A stretch of 35,956 nucleotides of DNA from a virus (taxonomy: Duplodnaviria > Caudoviricetes): the IMG/VR virus record IMGVR_UViG_3300012231_000030, positions 1-35,956 of that record; one strand, 5' to 3'. Shown here one piece after another: positions 18,847-26,337 of the stretch. Both the position numbers and the translations under genes were made by a program. Numbering within the stretch: position 1 is the stretch's first letter; each line of letters begins with the position of its first letter. A model generated the notes under the pieces. That model was not told the DNA's origin, searched no databases, and was given only the letters and a program-made list of their open reading frames with translations.

Positions 18847-18892
18847 TAGATCCTAGCCTGGGAAGCAACCAACTTGACCAGACTAGGACCCA
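18847..18892 (-). other. 15-bp RNA stem-loop without U-tract (RNase III-like processing site)
   Basis: UGGGUCCUAGUCUGG/CCAGGCUAGGAUCUA; three G-U pairs are possible only on the - strand. Confidence 0.55.
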
Positions 18893-18922
18893 TTACACAG
18901 ATGTTCTACTGTTTACGCTTAC

Positions 18923-19423
18923 TCAGCTAACCACCTCCTCTTCAGCCGGTGCTTCTTCAAGCTCTGGCATCTCTTCGCCATCGTCTTCGAGAATCTCTTC
19001 AGTCACAATTTTCCTGGTCTTACGAGATCCAGGGTTCTTTGTGGGAGGACGCTTGAACACATTCTCAATCTTCTCACCAGTGATAGGATCGATCAGATGC
19101 TCAACACCACCGCCGGCGCGACCGCGTGCCTTGCCGCCGAGATTATCCTTCGTCTGAACAAGGATATGTTCTGGCAATTTGCCCAACATTTGCCTGTAGT
19201 ATGCCACAAAACCCGGCACAACTTCAGGACCCTTAGCTCTCGGAGAATACGTCTTAATATCTGCCTGAATATGATCGATAATCTGATCTTCAGAGACAGC
19301 AGTCTCGTTCTTACCAAGGTTCCAAACAGCCACAAGAATAGCTCCCGCCTGAGCAGGGACCTGTTCAACGAGCTTCTTGAGATTATCTTGGTTAATCTTC
19401 TCTGCGAATTTATAATAAAACAT
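18923..19423 (-). CDS. Putative winged-helix-like DNA-binding protein with acidic tail
   Basis: Start MFYYKF at 19423 (AAGGA RBS, promoter just upstream). PAQAGAIL...AYYRQML core, a basic linker and a very acidic C-terminus. Confidence 0.55.
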   Translation of the reverse strand: MFYYKFAEKINQDNLKKLVEQVPAQAGAILVAVWNLGKNETAVSEDQIIDHIQADIKTYSPRAKGPEVVPGFVAYYRQMLGKLPEHILVQTKDNLGGKARGRAGGGVEHLIDPITGEKIENVFKRPPTKNPGSRKTRKIVTEEILEDDGEEMPELEEAPAEEEVVS

Positions 19424-19483
19424 AGGATATTTCTTCCTTCTCTTTGGGTTGACTAACGTTGTATTTCCCAACGTTACAGGTAA

Positions 19484-19538
19484 ATTATAGCACGTTTGGT
19501 TTGAAATGTAAACTGCCAATTTCGCATACCTGCTATGC
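19484..19538 (-). promoter_or_regulatory. Sigma70-type promoter with AATTGGCAG box (copy 2) and GCATA-N5-TATGC palindrome
   Basis: AATTGGCAG-TTTACA-N17-TATAAT with extended -10 TG. Palindrome at 19524-19538. Confidence 0.85.
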
Positions 19539-19592
19539 AAAAAAGACATATCTAAAGGACCTTCCAGAGGTTTGAGGAGAGATGCTATTGGT

Positions 19593-19657
19593 GCATGCCA
19601 GGCATGTCTTGTTGGAATTAAAAAGAATTTTACTTCTAGAATTTTTTGGTGTATAAT
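19593..19657 (+). promoter_or_regulatory. Promoter of the primase-helicase gene
   Basis: TTTACT (19629-34)-N17-TATAAT (19652-57), with GCAT-N7-ATGT upstream at 19593-19607. Confidence 0.7.
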
Positions 19658-19706
19658 ATTTCCTTCACATCACAGTAACACAACAAAAACATAACAGGGT
19701 AACCTC

Positions 19707-22121
19707 ATGGGAACCAGTGAAGCAACCAATGAAGCCATTATAGAAAGTGTATTAAAAGCTGTTAAAGCGGAACAACATGGTGAAAATAGATATAGAGGCT
19801 TATGTCCTGCACATGATGATCATAATCCTAGTTTAGATATTTATATTAATGCTGATGGGTATTTAGGGTTTCATTGTCTATCATCTAAGAAGTGTACACA
19901 TATTGCAATAATTAAAGCTATAAAAGAAAAATTTAATATTGCTTTGCCTGAGTCTAAAAGAACGATTAAATCATCAGGTGGCGGTAGATTAATTAAAACT
20001 AGAGTATTATATCCAGCGCATGAATCTACATTGCCTTTTACGTTTAGAAAAAATGATGATATACTTTATGAATATACTACAGCTACTGGTGAAGTAGCAT
20101 TTATTGTACAGCGATATATGGATAAGGGAGAAAAGCAAACACCAGGTTGGTTCTCTATTGAACAAACATCTGATGAAGGCCAAGTAGTTGTACAGTGGAT
20201 GTGTAAGAATCCACCTAAAGATGGCAGGCCTATATACAATTTACATATGCTCGAGCATTATGCTAAGAAATCAATCCTTATAGTTGAAGGCGAAAAAACT
20301 GCTGAAGCAGCAATGAAAATACTTCAACTAAAAGATTTTATAGTGACTACATGGTCAGGTGGTGGTAAGAATATTAAAGCTTCAGACTGGCGTGTATTAA
20401 AGGATAGACAAACAGATATTTATCTTTGGCCTGATCATGATGCCGAGGGTAAGAAAGCTATGCAAGAAGTTGCTAATTATATATCTGTTGGTAGAGAAGA
20501 CCATAGATTACATATGCTTGATTATTCTGAATTAATGGATGAAAGTAGGGTTGACAAAGCCTGGGACCTAGCTGATGGTTACGGTAATCAAACATGTGAT
20601 TATTCGTTCGAAGATCTATGGGACACATTCAAGCCTTATTATTCTAGCGAAGCATTTACTAGTGATAACATAGAAGATGCATTAGCTAAGAGAGATAAGC
20701 ATTTACGTAAAGTATATATGGGTGGTAATTTATTCGTAATAAATCTTAATATACCTGATTTAGAATCGCCTTTTGGTTTTAGGTTCTATAGAGAAAAACA
20801 TACTTTAATGGCAATAGACACAGAAAAAATTAGTATAGAAATAGGTGAACGTGTTAAATCTATATCAGTTGTTGAACAATGGTGGGAAACAAGAGGTGAA
20901 CATTCAGATGTATTTTTAGATGGTATTAAGTTTGATCCTACTACAGATAAAAAAGAATTGTTAAATAAAACAGGTAGAAAGTATTTGAATACCTTTACAG
21001 GTTTTCCTGCGTTTAAAGCTAAGCCAACTGATAGATTAATAAAGGTATGGATTGATCATTTATCTAAAATGATAGATAATGTTAAAGCTGTTGATTGGAT
21101 AATAGATTATTTTGCCGATATATTCCAGAATCCAGCTCGTAAGCCAGGTACTGCAATAGTATTTATGGGTAATCAAGGTGTTGGTAAATCTGCTGTGTAT
21201 GAAGTACTTAAGGTATTACTTGGTACTAATCTAGCTCGAATAATTAATAAAGATATAATGAAGAATAATACTGCTTTAGTTAATTCATTGTTTGTATATC
21301 AGGATGAATGGTCTGTTAATCCTTATAAAGAAAGACTTTATTACGAAGCATTAAAGAATGCTATAACAAATTATAGGTTAAAAGTTGAAGAGAAATACAT
21401 GCCTGCATGGGAGTCTGGATCCTTTTGTAGATTTGCATTTACATCGAATAGTAATAAGCCTGCTGATATGCCAATGGATGATCGTAGGTTTACAATTATT
21501 AAATGCAATAACTATTGGCTAAGGAATAAAGAACACTTTAATGAATTATTTGAAGCATTAAAGGATGAATCTGCTTTAGCTGGTATGCTCGAGTTTTTTC
21601 GTAATAGAAAGATAACAAGTGATCTGATTACTAGCTATAATACAATAGAAAAAGAAGCTTTGTATGAATTTGATAGTCCAATATTACGTGAGATAGCAAC
21701 ATGGGCAGACGAGAGCACATTACCTTCATGGTTCCGTGAAACATTAGGACAACCAGCTACTGGATTTGGTGATACAGATGTATTAATACCGAGTCCTATA
21801 ATGCGTGAATATATGGAGAATAAATATAAAAGAGCTTATGATAAAGCAGAAACAGATAGATTAGCTAGATTATTGGTTCTTACTCCTAATAATAAAACAG
21901 TAGAGATATATAAAGGATTCAACACTGAAAAATTAGTACGGAGATGTTTTATATTGCCTACATTGGCTTTGCTTAGACTAGCAATAGAAAAAGAAATAGG
22001 TCGACCATATAATTGGTCAACTCCTGGTAAAATAATAGAAGATAATGTAGCTGATATAATAGAATTCAAGAAACCAAAAGATAATAAAGAAAATAAAGAT
22101 GAAGATCCATCAGTTATTTGA
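19707..22121 (+). CDS. Primase-helicase (Zn-finger + TOPRIM + DUF5906/SF3-like ATPase)
   Basis: CPAHDDHNPSL...FHC....C zinc domain; IVEGEKTA and WPDHDAEG TOPRIM motifs; GNQGVGKS Walker A; YQDE; TSN; DDRRF. Confidence 0.9.
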   Translation: MGTSEATNEAIIESVLKAVKAEQHGENRYRGLCPAHDDHNPSLDIYINADGYLGFHCLSSKKCTHIAIIKAIKEKFNIALPESKRTIKSSGGGRLIKTRVLYPAHESTLPFTFRKNDDILYEYTTATGEVAFIVQRYMDKGEKQTPGWFSIEQTSDEGQVVVQWMCKNPPKDGRPIYNLHMLEHYAKKSILIVEGEKTAEAAMKILQLKDFIVTTWSGGGKNIKASDWRVLKDRQTDIYLWPDHDAEGKKAMQEVANYISVGREDHRLHMLDYSELMDESRVDKAWDLADGYGNQTCDYSFEDLWDTFKPYYSSEAFTSDNIEDALAKRDKHLRKVYMGGNLFVINLNIPDLESPFGFRFYREKHTLMAIDTEKISIEIGERVKSISVVEQWWETRGEHSDVFLDGIKFDPTTDKKELLNKTGRKYLNTFTGFPAFKAKPTDRLIKVWIDHLSKMIDNVKAVDWIIDYFADIFQNPARKPGTAIVFMGNQGVGKSAVYEVLKVLLGTNLARIINKDIMKNNTALVNSLFVYQDEWSVNPYKERLYYEALKNAITNYRLKVEEKYMPAWESGSFCRFAFTSNSNKPADMPMDDRRFTIIKCNNYWLRNKEHFNELFEALKDESALAGMLEFFRNRKITSDLITSYNTIEKEALYEFDSPILREIATWADESTLPSWFRETLGQPATGFGDTDVLIPSPIMREYMENKYKRAYDKAETDRLARLLVLTPNNKTVEIYKGFNTEKLVRRCFILPTLALLRLAIEKEIGRPYNWSTPGKIIEDNVADIIEFKKPKDNKENKDEDPSVI

Positions 22122-22160
22122 ACCCCAGCCTGAAAGGCGCTTCATCCCTTCAGGCCAACT

Positions 22161-22198
22161 GGGTAGGAGATTCGGAACCCCGGTCTCCTACCCTTTTT
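22161..22198 (+). terminator. Intrinsic terminator after the primase-helicase
   Basis: GGGTAGGAGA/TCTCCTACCC stem followed by TTTTT. Confidence 0.85.
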
Positions 22199-22200
22199 CG

Positions 22201-22350
22201 TTAGCTAAAGATCAAGCGTCTTCTACGCTTTCTAGCCTGCATTGTAGCTACTAAGTCCCGATACTTCTTAGTTTTAACAACATTTTGCATAGCTTTAGAA
22301 AGCTTCTTACGCGTTTTATTAGAATGAATACTACCCTTTTTCATTGACAT
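22201..22350 (-). CDS. 49-aa basic peptide with NUMOD3-like motif (absent from the ORF track)
   Basis: Translates as MSMKKGSIHSNKTRKKLSKAMQNVVKTKKYRDLVATMQARKRRRRLIFS and starts just after the previous stop. Confidence 0.55.
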   Translation of the reverse strand: MSMKKGSIHSNKTRKKLSKAMQNVVKTKKYRDLVATMQARKRRRRLIFS

Positions 22351-22353
22351 TCA

Positions 22354-22671
22354 TTAGTCTATCCTCGCTACATCAAAGGACCCATTCTCTTGTATTACTG
22401 CGACCCAGCTATGATCGTAGAAATACACTAGTTCATCCCTTAGCTTAGCTCGAGCCAAGGGTTTCAAGGGTGGATCACCTGGATATGTTAACTCCATTCC
22501 TTTACCTAAGGTAAAGCCTTTAAATGAATGCCAACCACCTCCATGTCGATAATTAGCATCTATTTGTTTAACAGCTCCCTCAGGATTATCATCATTTAAC
22601 CAATGAGGTATATATCCAAGCATATGACTTTTCATATTTGGATGCAGCAATTCCCAATCAGGTATAGCCAT
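22354..22671 (-). CDS. Conserved hypothetical phage protein
   Basis: LGYIP.WL...QIDANYRHGGGW..F.GF...YPGDPP...WVAVIQ..GSF.VARID. TAATG coupling and GGGAGG RBS. Confidence 0.7.
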   Translation of the reverse strand: MAIPDWELLHPNMKSHMLGYIPHWLNDDNPEGAVKQIDANYRHGGGWHSFKGFTLGKGMELTYPGDPPLKPLARAKLRDELVYFYDHSWVAVIQENGSFDVARID

Positions 22672-23099
22672 TAGATAACCTCCCGTGTTTCAAAGGATGG
22701 ATCCTTTATCCGCACTACTCGTACGATCTTGACAACAAACAATACTCGACCATTGTTATGGTCGGTTATATTCTTCTGAAGCAAGTTCTTGGCATGTGAC
22801 TCTGCTTTCTCAGGTTCACTAAACCAGGTTCTATCACCGCCAAAGGATCGATTGGTTACTCTGGGTCCTATGACACAATATTTAGTAGGTATCTTCTCAA
22901 CTTGCCGTGTTACTGGATCTACGTAAGGTTCATAACCTTGATTTTTTGTAGCCGTAGGTTTTACTAGATTTACTTTACTAATATCTAATTCAATATTCTC
23001 GAACATTTTCTTATTATATTCACTGATAGTTAAATTCCCTAGAAATGCCCACTTACGATCTTTATAAGGGATTGGTTTCTTTTTAAGCTTCTTAATCAT
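22671..23099 (-). CDS. Hypothetical early protein, directly downstream of the hammerhead
   Basis: 142-aa ORF with AAAGGA RBS. Confidence 0.6.
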   Translation of the reverse strand: MIKKLKKKPIPYKDRKWAFLGNLTISEYNKKMFENIELDISKVNLVKPTATKNQGYEPYVDPVTRQVEKIPTKYCVIGPRVTNRSFGGDRTWFSEPEKAESHAKNLLQKNITDHNNGRVLFVVKIVRVVRIKDPSFETREVI

Positions 23100-23112
23100 A
23101 GCTAGTCCTTTC

Positions 23113-23167
23113 GGCTCATCAGTATGGCTTTAGTGCCATAGACAAGGGATTGCTCCCTTGTTTCGCC
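23113..23167 (-). ncRNA. Hammerhead ribozyme, type II topology
   Basis: On the - strand: GGC-GAAAC-AAGGGA gcaa UCCCUU-GUC^-UAUGGC acuaaa GCCAUA-CUGAUGA-GCC. The catalytic core is complete and stems I and III are perfect. Predicted cut between 23141 and 23140. Confidence 0.92.
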
Positions 23168-23171
23168 TGTG

Positions 23172-23372
23172 TTATTTCCAGATAGTATCTTGACATGCTT
23201 GGCACATACCCGAGATCCTATATTCCCGCGCAGATAACTCATTCCTAAACGGAGTTATCGGCTTTTTACAGGTAGGACAAAGGTTCAGTTCTATTGCTTT
23301 GGCTGTACCCGGAAATATCTGCTCCAAAAGGGATTTGATTGCTGGGCTTTTATTTTCCATTGGCTTGGTCAT
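23172..23372 (-). CDS. Small Zn-ribbon phage protein
   Basis: CPTC...FRNELSAREYRISGMCQACQD motif. Confidence 0.7.
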   Translation of the reverse strand: MTKPMENKSPAIKSLLEQIFPGTAKAIELNLCPTCKKPITPFRNELSAREYRISGMCQACQDTIWK

Positions 23373-23539
23373 GGCATTACCTCTACTGGTCCTTTAGTTA
23401 CTAATCTTTCATCATTGACTATTAGTTTATCTATCTTACAGGCACGCAATTTACATGAACCATCTATATTGATCCATATTACTTTCCCATCCTCACGTAT
23501 AAGGATCTCTACTATTTCAGGCTCGGTTATATCAATCAT
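23369..23539 (-). CDS. Hypothetical protein
   Basis: Likely start MIDITEP via ATGA overlap; contains DGKVIWINIDG.C.LR. Confidence 0.6.
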   Translation of the reverse strand: MIDITEPEIVEILIREDGKVIWINIDGSCKLRACKIDKLIVNDERLVTKGPVEVMP

Positions 23540-23832
23540 TTGCCCCACTCCATGCTCGAGTGTGTATTCCAAAGGAAGTCTATTGCTTCCATTAGATTCT
23601 CGGTTTCTATTTCCTCCCTCCCTGTTATACAACCGAAACTAACCTCTAACTTAGCTATTCCAGGATTACATCTTATTTCACTTCTAATTTCTATATGCGA
23701 CATATCGCCGAACAAGAGTCCACTTATTCCTTTGAGAGTTTCTTCATTCAGTTCTTTACCCAAGTCAGGAACTATCTTAGCTGAACTCAGCCAACTCATA
23801 TAATCCATTATCATTGTTTTGTAGTTATTCAT
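23536..23832 (-). CDS. Hypothetical protein
   Basis: Start MNNYK after GGAGGT. Confidence 0.55.
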   Translation of the reverse strand: MNNYKTMIMDYMSWLSSAKIVPDLGKELNEETLKGISGLLFGDMSHIEIRSEIRCNPGIAKLEVSFGCITGREEIETENLMEAIDFLWNTHSSMEWGK

Positions 23833-23834
23833 AG

Positions 23835-24053
23835 TTACCTCCATATAGTTGCCAGCGAATCCATTATTCGAAGAAAGGCTTCTTTATCCATTCCTCCCCG
23901 TAAATATCTAGCCCAAGTTCCCGTAATAAAAGGTAAGGATTCCTTGAACGGATCTGTTCTATCCGCTCGTAGTTCCATGACTTTCTTCTCTATTTCCTCA
24001 TTTATATCTTGATACATATCAGGATATTTATCTTTGCTATAACCACGTGGCAT
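23835..24053 (-). CDS. Hypothetical protein
   Basis: 72-aa ORF with AAGGA RBS. Confidence 0.55.
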   Translation of the reverse strand: MPRGYSKDKYPDMYQDINEEIEKKVMELRADRTDPFKESLPFITGTWARYLRGGMDKEAFLRIMDSLATIWR

Positions 24054-24057
24054 TTGT

Positions 24058-24486
24058 CTATTCCTTTGTTGGATCTGATGGAAACAATGACATTATAGGA
24101 CAACCTATTACTACTACTGCATCGGTTTCTGTCTGTGCTACATTTCCTTCTATTGTTGGGAACAATCCGACTTTGTCTATTACGTAATTACGAGCTTGAG
24201 CCATAGAACCAAATGTCCGTAAGGTTCTAAAGCCTGTTTTAAGGGATTGATATTGCACTACTATCTTCGATCCTGGTCGGCGATTGACTCTTTCTATATG
24301 CAATACTTCATATAATTTCTTACGATACCAACCAAGAGTCTCTTCTCGTTCTTTATAAGATATGTGCCCTCGTCTCCAGCTTTCCCAAACTGTAGACGTA
24401 TTTACAAAGTAATTCGAAAGGAATTGCTTCCGAATTACTGCTAGTTCCTCGTTACTTTTCATCGGGGTCATGATCCACACACTCAT
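24058..24486 (-). CDS. Hypothetical protein
   Basis: 142-aa ORF in the early operon; start uncertain. Confidence 0.55.
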   Translation of the reverse strand: MSVWIMTPMKSNEELAVIRKQFLSNYFVNTSTVWESWRRGHISYKEREETLGWYRKKLYEVLHIERVNRRPGSKIVVQYQSLKTGFRTLRTFGSMAQARNYVIDKVGLFPTIEGNVAQTETDAVVVIGCPIMSLFPSDPTKE

Positions 24487-24538
24487 ACATCCAGTAGTTC
24501 AAGGCGAATAGTATAATCATTATTACAAGGAATCTCAT
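24452..24538 (-). CDS. 28-aa membrane peptide (absent from the ORF track)
   Basis: ATGA overlap with the 24535 stop, AAGGTGA RBS. Translates as MRFLVIMIILFALNYWMYECVDHDPDEK. Confidence 0.45.
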   Translation of the reverse strand: MRFLVIMIILFALNYWMYECVDHDPDEK

Positions 24539-24804
24539 GGTTTCACCTTCATAGGCAATATAGGTAACTCCATGAACTCATATTCTTCTGTAAAGGGAAT
24601 ATGCTCATATGGCCAGTCTAATAACACATCCGGCTCTATTGCTGGTCTGCCCTCGGTCTTGGGCCATTTATAAGGAGATGGACACTTATATACATTGCTC
24701 GAATTATTAAAGAACATTGTCTCTATACTCGATGGACACAATGGTACGGGCACTGATGGTGCTGGATCTGCAACCAACGCTGCTAAAAGGATTAGACTTT
24801 TCAT
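24535..24804 (-). CDS. Pro-rich protein with signal-peptide-like N-terminus
   Basis: MKSLILLAALVA start; ATGA overlap. Confidence 0.55.
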   Translation of the reverse strand: MKSLILLAALVADPAPSVPVPLCPSSIETMFFNNSSNVYKCPSPYKWPKTEGRPAIEPDVLLDWPYEHIPFTEEYEFMELPILPMKVKP

Positions 24805-24983
24805 TCTTTTACTCCCATACTTGTTCTGATTTCATCAACATATTCAGATAGGTTGGCATATCGCCGCATATATTCTCGGACCATTGCCGACTCAGTGTAT
24901 TTACCTTGCTCATGAAGGAATTGAACTACTTCTCGCATGGCCTGGTCCATTTCTTCACTTGTTATCATTAAGGTTATGTTCAT
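24801..24983 (-). CDS. Hypothetical protein
   Basis: 60-aa ORF with ATGA overlaps at both ends. Confidence 0.55.
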   Translation of the reverse strand: MNITLMITSEEMDQAMREVVQFLHEQGKYTESAMVREYMRRYANLSEYVDEIRTSMGVKE

Positions 24984-25243
24984 TGTTCATGCCTCTTTAC
25001 TAATTCATCTTCAGGAGCAAGTATCAAGTCACTAGAATGGCATTTGCATTCTTCTATCCACTTTCCATCCTTGTCTATTTGAGTACAATCTAATCCTGAA
25101 CCATCCGAGAACATACCCTTCCCTGAAGGAGTTCCATTGAAAAAGATATTCCTGGATCCATTGTAGAATCCGCTCCAGGCTATATCTTTACATGACCAAC
25201 GAAGGTTTGGATGATTTTTACATGTCAATATTCTGTGTATCAT
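24980..25243 (-). CDS. Small Cys/His-rich protein
   Basis: LTCKNHPNLRWSCK...ECKC, a possible Zn site. AGGAG RBS. Confidence 0.6.
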   Translation of the reverse strand: MIHRILTCKNHPNLRWSCKDIAWSGFYNGSRNIFFNGTPSGKGMFSDGSGLDCTQIDKDGKWIEECKCHSSDLILAPEDELVKRHEQ

Positions 25244-25452
25244 TTGCTTTCTCCTACTTCCTTTAATAAGGATTTGACTTCAGTCGCTGTCTCGCCTCGC
25301 CAATGACTTAGATTGCTCAAAATATATAGCTTCTGAGTTTCTATGTCATCAATACCTATTGTTAATCCTGCTCTTGCATATGCTTTCGCATATTCATTTG
25401 GACAGTACTTAATAATTAGATTACAGGCTCTGTAAAACTTATCCATTGTCAC
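25240..25452 (-). CDS. Conserved early phage protein
   Basis: YAKAYARA...YILSNLSHWRGETATEVK motif; first gene after promoter copy 3. Confidence 0.65.
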   Translation of the reverse strand: MTMDKFYRACNLIIKYCPNEYAKAYARAGLTIGIDDIETQKLYILSNLSHWRGETATEVKSLLKEVGESK

Positions 25453-25494
25453 ACCTTTTGAAGGATCAGTTGAGATTTTTTTATTATCAATAAT

Positions 25495-25549
25495 ATTATA
25501 TCACCAATGTTGGCCCTTGTAAACTGCCAATTTTACATATGAGGTATGC
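25495..25549 (-). promoter_or_regulatory. Sigma70-type promoter with AATTGGCAG box (copy 3)
   Basis: AATTGGCAG-TTTACA-N17-TATAAT with extended -10 TG. ACATA-N5-TATGC at 25535-25549. Confidence 0.85.
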
Positions 25550-25603
25550 CAATTGGTCATATCTGCTAGGTCCTTGAAGGATATGATGTAGAAGATTTAG
25601 GCA

Positions 25604-25787
25604 TTAACTCATCTGATGCGAACCCACGCTCGTTTCAAAACTATATAGCATTTTTTACTATATATATATATTATATATATTCTTTATATTAATTAGATGA
25701 ATTATATGAGTTAAATTTCAACTAAGCTATTGATATTGTTAGGTTATTTTCAACTTCCCTATTTAACTCACATAACTAGATGAATTA
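25604..25787. promoter_or_regulatory. IHF-consensus site with inverted and direct repeats and a (TA)n tract (locus B, candidate origin)
   Basis: 25723-25735 reads TATCAATAGCTTA on the - strand. A 14/15 inverted repeat lies at 25702-25716 / 25761-25775. There are five AGATGAGTTA-like units and a TA tract at about 25658-25680. Confidence 0.65.
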
Positions 25788-25796
25788 ATACAGGTC

Positions 25797-26032
25797 CTAG
25801 GTCAACGGCGCAACCTGCGTATGACTCAACTCCTTTCATGACGGTGCAACTGTTTTAGGTTCTAGTCTCTGGTCTCTAGGCTCTGTAATTTGGCCATAGT
25901 TCGCATTCGCTTAGGATCTAGGCTCGAGCCTATCCCTCCACAGACCGGTTAGATTCCTTCTCTAGAATCTAGATCTAGAGAGATCTCTGACACCTCTCTA
26001 GTTCTAGTCTCTAGATCTACTTGAGTAGATCT
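25797..26032. repeat. Dense CTAG / TCTAGA / AGATCT palindrome cluster
   Basis: Ten CTAG between 25797 and 26014; TCTAGATCTAGA at 25968-25979; AGATCTAC-ttga-GTAGATCT at 26013-26032. Confidence 0.7.
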
Positions 26033-26337
26033 GCAATACTCATCTTGATATTGTCTACACTACCAATCTCTACCACACCACCATGAATCTTTAGATCTTT
26101 CACATAGTAAGCCCAAGTTGTCATTAACTTATCATCTGCCTGTCTTGTACTCCACAATCCATTCTTCAAGGCATATCTTAGAATATTGTCACCAGTTTGG
26201 CCTTTGAAGTCCTTCTCTTGTTTCATCTTATATAAGGCTTTGATGATGGCAACACAAGTTGGATTTGATACATCTTTATGAAGATGTGTTGACTTCTTAA
26301 GATGATCTAAGTTAAGATCATAAAGTTTCTTAGACAT
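26017..26337 (-). CDS. Putative winged-helix-like protein, possible paralogue of 18923-19423
   Basis: NLDHLKK...PTCVAIIKA...TRQ...WAYYVKDLKIHG. A TATAAT on the - strand lies upstream at 26391-26396. Confidence 0.6.
   Translation of the reverse strand: MSKKLYDLNLDHLKKSTHLHKDVSNPTCVAIIKALYKMKQEKDFKGQTGDNILRYALKNGLWSTRQADDKLMTTWAYYVKDLKIHGGVVEIGSVDNIKMSIADLLK

Noticed and set aside
19424-19549. N-terminal extension of the 208-aa ORF
   Set aside because: It spans the promoter at 19484-19521. The ATG at 19423 has the RBS.
13796-25532. Repeated 15-mer as a CRISPR repeat or att core
   Set aside because: The copies are kilobases apart, each sits at a -35 position, and no cas or integrase gene is present.
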